DNA of 7,616 nucleotides from a virus (Duplodnaviria; Heunggongvirae; Uroviricota; Caudoviricetes): IMG/VR virus record IMGVR_UViG_2568526100_000007; one strand, 5' to 3'. Shown piece by piece: positions 5,827 to 7,616 of this stretch (position 1 is its first letter; each line of letters starts with the position of its first letter). The notes under the pieces were generated by a model. It saw only the letters and a program-made list of their open reading frames with translations, ran no database searches and was not told where the DNA came from. The position numbers and the translations under genes were made by a program.

Positions 5827-6019
5827 GGCAAGGAATAAACAATAAAACGTGAAGTAATATTTCAGCTGGCGAATAATATCCGACAGTAATCACTCTGCGC
5901 AATAGCGCGGCCTTTTTCGTATTGCGGGCTGTTGTCTCTCTTCTGCCATTGTCCTGTAACTTCCGGACTTCAGCCCGCTCCTCATTTTACTCACAATATT
6001 ATCCCGGCCGGGAGGATTC

Positions 6020-7616
6020 ATGGCATTTAAACACTATGATGTTGTCAGGGCGGCGTCGCCGTCAGATCTTGCGGAAAAGCTGACACATAAACTGAAAGAG
6101 GGCTGGCAGCCGTTTGGTAGTCCGGTGGCCATAACCCCTTATACCCTGATGCAGGCGATTGCAGCAGAAGGTGATGTGGTCGTCAGTGGTGCAACTGAGC
6201 CGGAGTGGTACTACGTCATCGTACTGGCCGGGCAGTCCAATGCCATGGCTTACGGTGAAGGGCTTCCGCTTCCGGATTCATACGATGCGCCCCATCCGCG
6301 CATTAAGCAACTGGCCCGTCGTAACACAGTGACTCCCGGTGGTGAAGTATGCGTATTTAACGACATCATTCCTGCTGACCATTGTCTGCATGATGTTCAG
6401 GATATGAGTACGATTAACCATCCCCGGGCTGACCTGAGCAAAGGGCAGTACGGCTGTGTCGGACAGGGCTTACATATTGCCAAAAAACTGCTTCCGTATA
6501 TCCCTAATAATGCGGGGATCCTGCTGGTACCATGCTGTCGTGGTGGTTCGGCATTCACCCAGGGCGCGGAGGGGACATTCAGTGCGGACACGGGGGCCAG
6601 CCAGGATTCGGCACGCTGGGGTGTGGGTAAACCATTATATCAGGATCTGCTTTTCCGCACGAAGGCAGCATTGCAGAAAAACCCGAAAAACGTTTTGCTG
6701 GCGATATGCTGGATGCAGGGGGAATTCGATATGACGAATGCCAGTTACGCCCAGCAGCCAGCAGCATTTCTTGCAATGGTACAGCAGTTCCGTGCTGACC
6801 TTGCCGGGCTGGCGGCGCAGTGCCATGGCGGCAGTGCTGCAGTTGTACCGTGGATTTGTGGCGACACGACGTATTACTGGAAAAACACATACGGCACACA
6901 GTATGACTCCGTCTACGGCGCGTACAAAAACAGGGAGAGCGACAACGTTTTCTTTGTGCCGTTCATGACCGACGGTAACGGCAACAACACGCCCACCAAC
7001 TTACCGGCAGAAGACCCGGATATTGCTGATGCAGGTTATTACGGCGCGCAATCCCGTAGTAATGGTAATTGGGTATCGTCAAATCGTCCGACACATTTCA
7101 GTTCATGGGCGCGCAGGGGCATTATTTCGGATCGCCTGGCAACCGCTATTCTGAACGCAGTTGGTCGAACCAGCGCCTTCATCAGCGGTACCGCACCGGA
7201 GATTAAACCCTCGCCCGGCGGCGACACGCCATCGGGGCCGTCTGATGGTGACACATCCGTTCGTACAGTCTCCCTGCTGCCGACAGCCGGAGAGGCTGCT
7301 GCGCAGGGCTGGACCATCACCGGCGGCAGTGTTGCGCTGGAAGATGGTGTGTTTAAGGTTACCAAGCAGAGCAATAAAACCTGGTCCCTGATGCATCCGG
7401 TGGATGACGCAGTCTCCCTGCTGACACGGGGTGGCAGACTGAGCTGTAAGTTTCGACTGTCAGGCGCACTGACCAACAACCAGTTCGGTCTGGGAATTTA
7501 TCTGTATACCGATGTAGCGTTACCTGACGTCGTGGCGATGACCGGGACTGGTAACCCGTTCCTGATGTCGTTCTTCACCCAGACCACAGACGGCAAACTG
7601 AATCTGATGCATCACA
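6020..7616 (+). CDS. nanS: Prophage sialate (9-O-acetyl-N-acetylneuraminic acid) O-acetylesterase NanS-p-like, N-terminal 532 codons; 3'-partial, continuing beyond the window.
   Basis: GGAGG at 6011-6015 then ATG 6020; open frame to the window end, which is why it is missing from the complete-ORF track; MAFKHYDVV... N-terminus and GQSNAMAYGEG esterase motif recalled from the yjhS/nanS-p genes immediately downstream of stx in Stx phages. Confidence 0.8.
   Translation, partial: MAFKHYDVVRAASPSDLAEKLTHKLKEGWQPFGSPVAITPYTLMQAIAAEGDVVVSGATEPEWYYVIVLAGQSNAMAYGEGLPLPDSYDAPHPRIKQLARRNTVTPGGEVCVFNDIIPADHCLHDVQDMSTINHPRADLSKGQYGCVGQGLHIAKKLLPYIPNNAGILLVPCCRGGSAFTQGAEGTFSADTGASQDSARWGVGKPLYQDLLFRTKAALQKNPKNVLLAICWMQGEFDMTNASYAQQPAAFLAMVQQFRADLAGLAAQCHGGSAAVVPWICGDTTYYWKNTYGTQYDSVYGAYKNRESDNVFFVPFMTDGNGNNTPTNLPAEDPDIADAGYYGAQSRSNGNWVSSNRPTHFSSWARRGIISDRLATAILNAVGRTSAFISGTAPEIKPSPGGDTPSGPSDGDTSVRTVSLLPTAGEAAAQGWTITGGSVALEDGVFKVTKQSNKTWSLMHPVDDAVSLLTRGGRLSCKFRLSGALTNNQFGLGIYLYTDVALPDVVAMTGTGNPFLMSFFTQTTDGKLNLMHH

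Noticed and set aside
5418-5902. ORFs 5418-5666 (-), 5481-5690 (+) and 5699-5902 (-) in the tRNA and intergenic region.
   Set aside because: They overlap the tRNA genes and terminator hairpins; sequence is far better explained by structured RNA and terminators than by coding.
5571-6019. Looked for stxA/stxB, or any toxin-sized ORF, between the tRNA cluster and nanS-p.
   Set aside because: The interval is about 450 bp with no ORF carrying a ribosome-binding site; the toxin operon is absent.
6397-7479. Numerous ORFs on both strands (6397-6591, 6456-6734, 6579-6899, 6635-6826, 6738-6968, 7039-7479, 7103-7396, 7161-7391).
   Set aside because: All lie within the long open nanS-p frame (6020 to window end), which has a strong ribosome-binding site and esterase motifs; they are alternative-frame artefacts of GC-rich coding sequence.
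1-7616. Scanned for CRISPR arrays, insertion-sequence inverted repeats, integrase or attachment sites, and long direct repeats flanking the low-GC cassette.
   Set aside because: No regularly spaced repeats, transposase or integrase ORFs, or convincing flanking direct repeats were found by eye; the cassette boundaries are defined only by the composition shift.

Overview
This window reads as the late-regulatory region of a lambdoid, Stx-converting-phage-like prophage from an enterobacterial (E. coli/Shigella-type) genome, all on the + strand. In order: a small hypothetical protein, a DUF968-type Cys/His-cluster protein, the Holliday-junction resolvase RusA, an antiterminator Q-like protein coupled to rusA by an ATGA overlap, a low-GC two-gene cassette (about 40% GC against 50-60% in the backbone) encoding a 75-aa basic protein and a 265-aa protein with an N-terminal multi-pass membrane domain and an unrecognised C-terminal domain, a strong intrinsic terminator, a small winged-helix-like protein, a beta-class DPPY DNA methyltransferase, three phage tRNAs (CAU, UCG, UCU anticodons; ileZ-argN-argO-like), another terminator, and the 5' part of a NanS-p-like sialate O-acetylesterase running off the window end. 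The slot between the tRNAs and nanS-p, where stxAB sits in Stx phages, is only about 490 bp and carries no toxin genes. The most interesting candidate for an undescribed system is the AT-rich two-gene cassette between Q and the methylase; its function cannot be assigned from sequence, and phage exclusion, abortive infection or defence is a hypothesis only. All family assignments rest on recalled motifs and synteny, not on searches.
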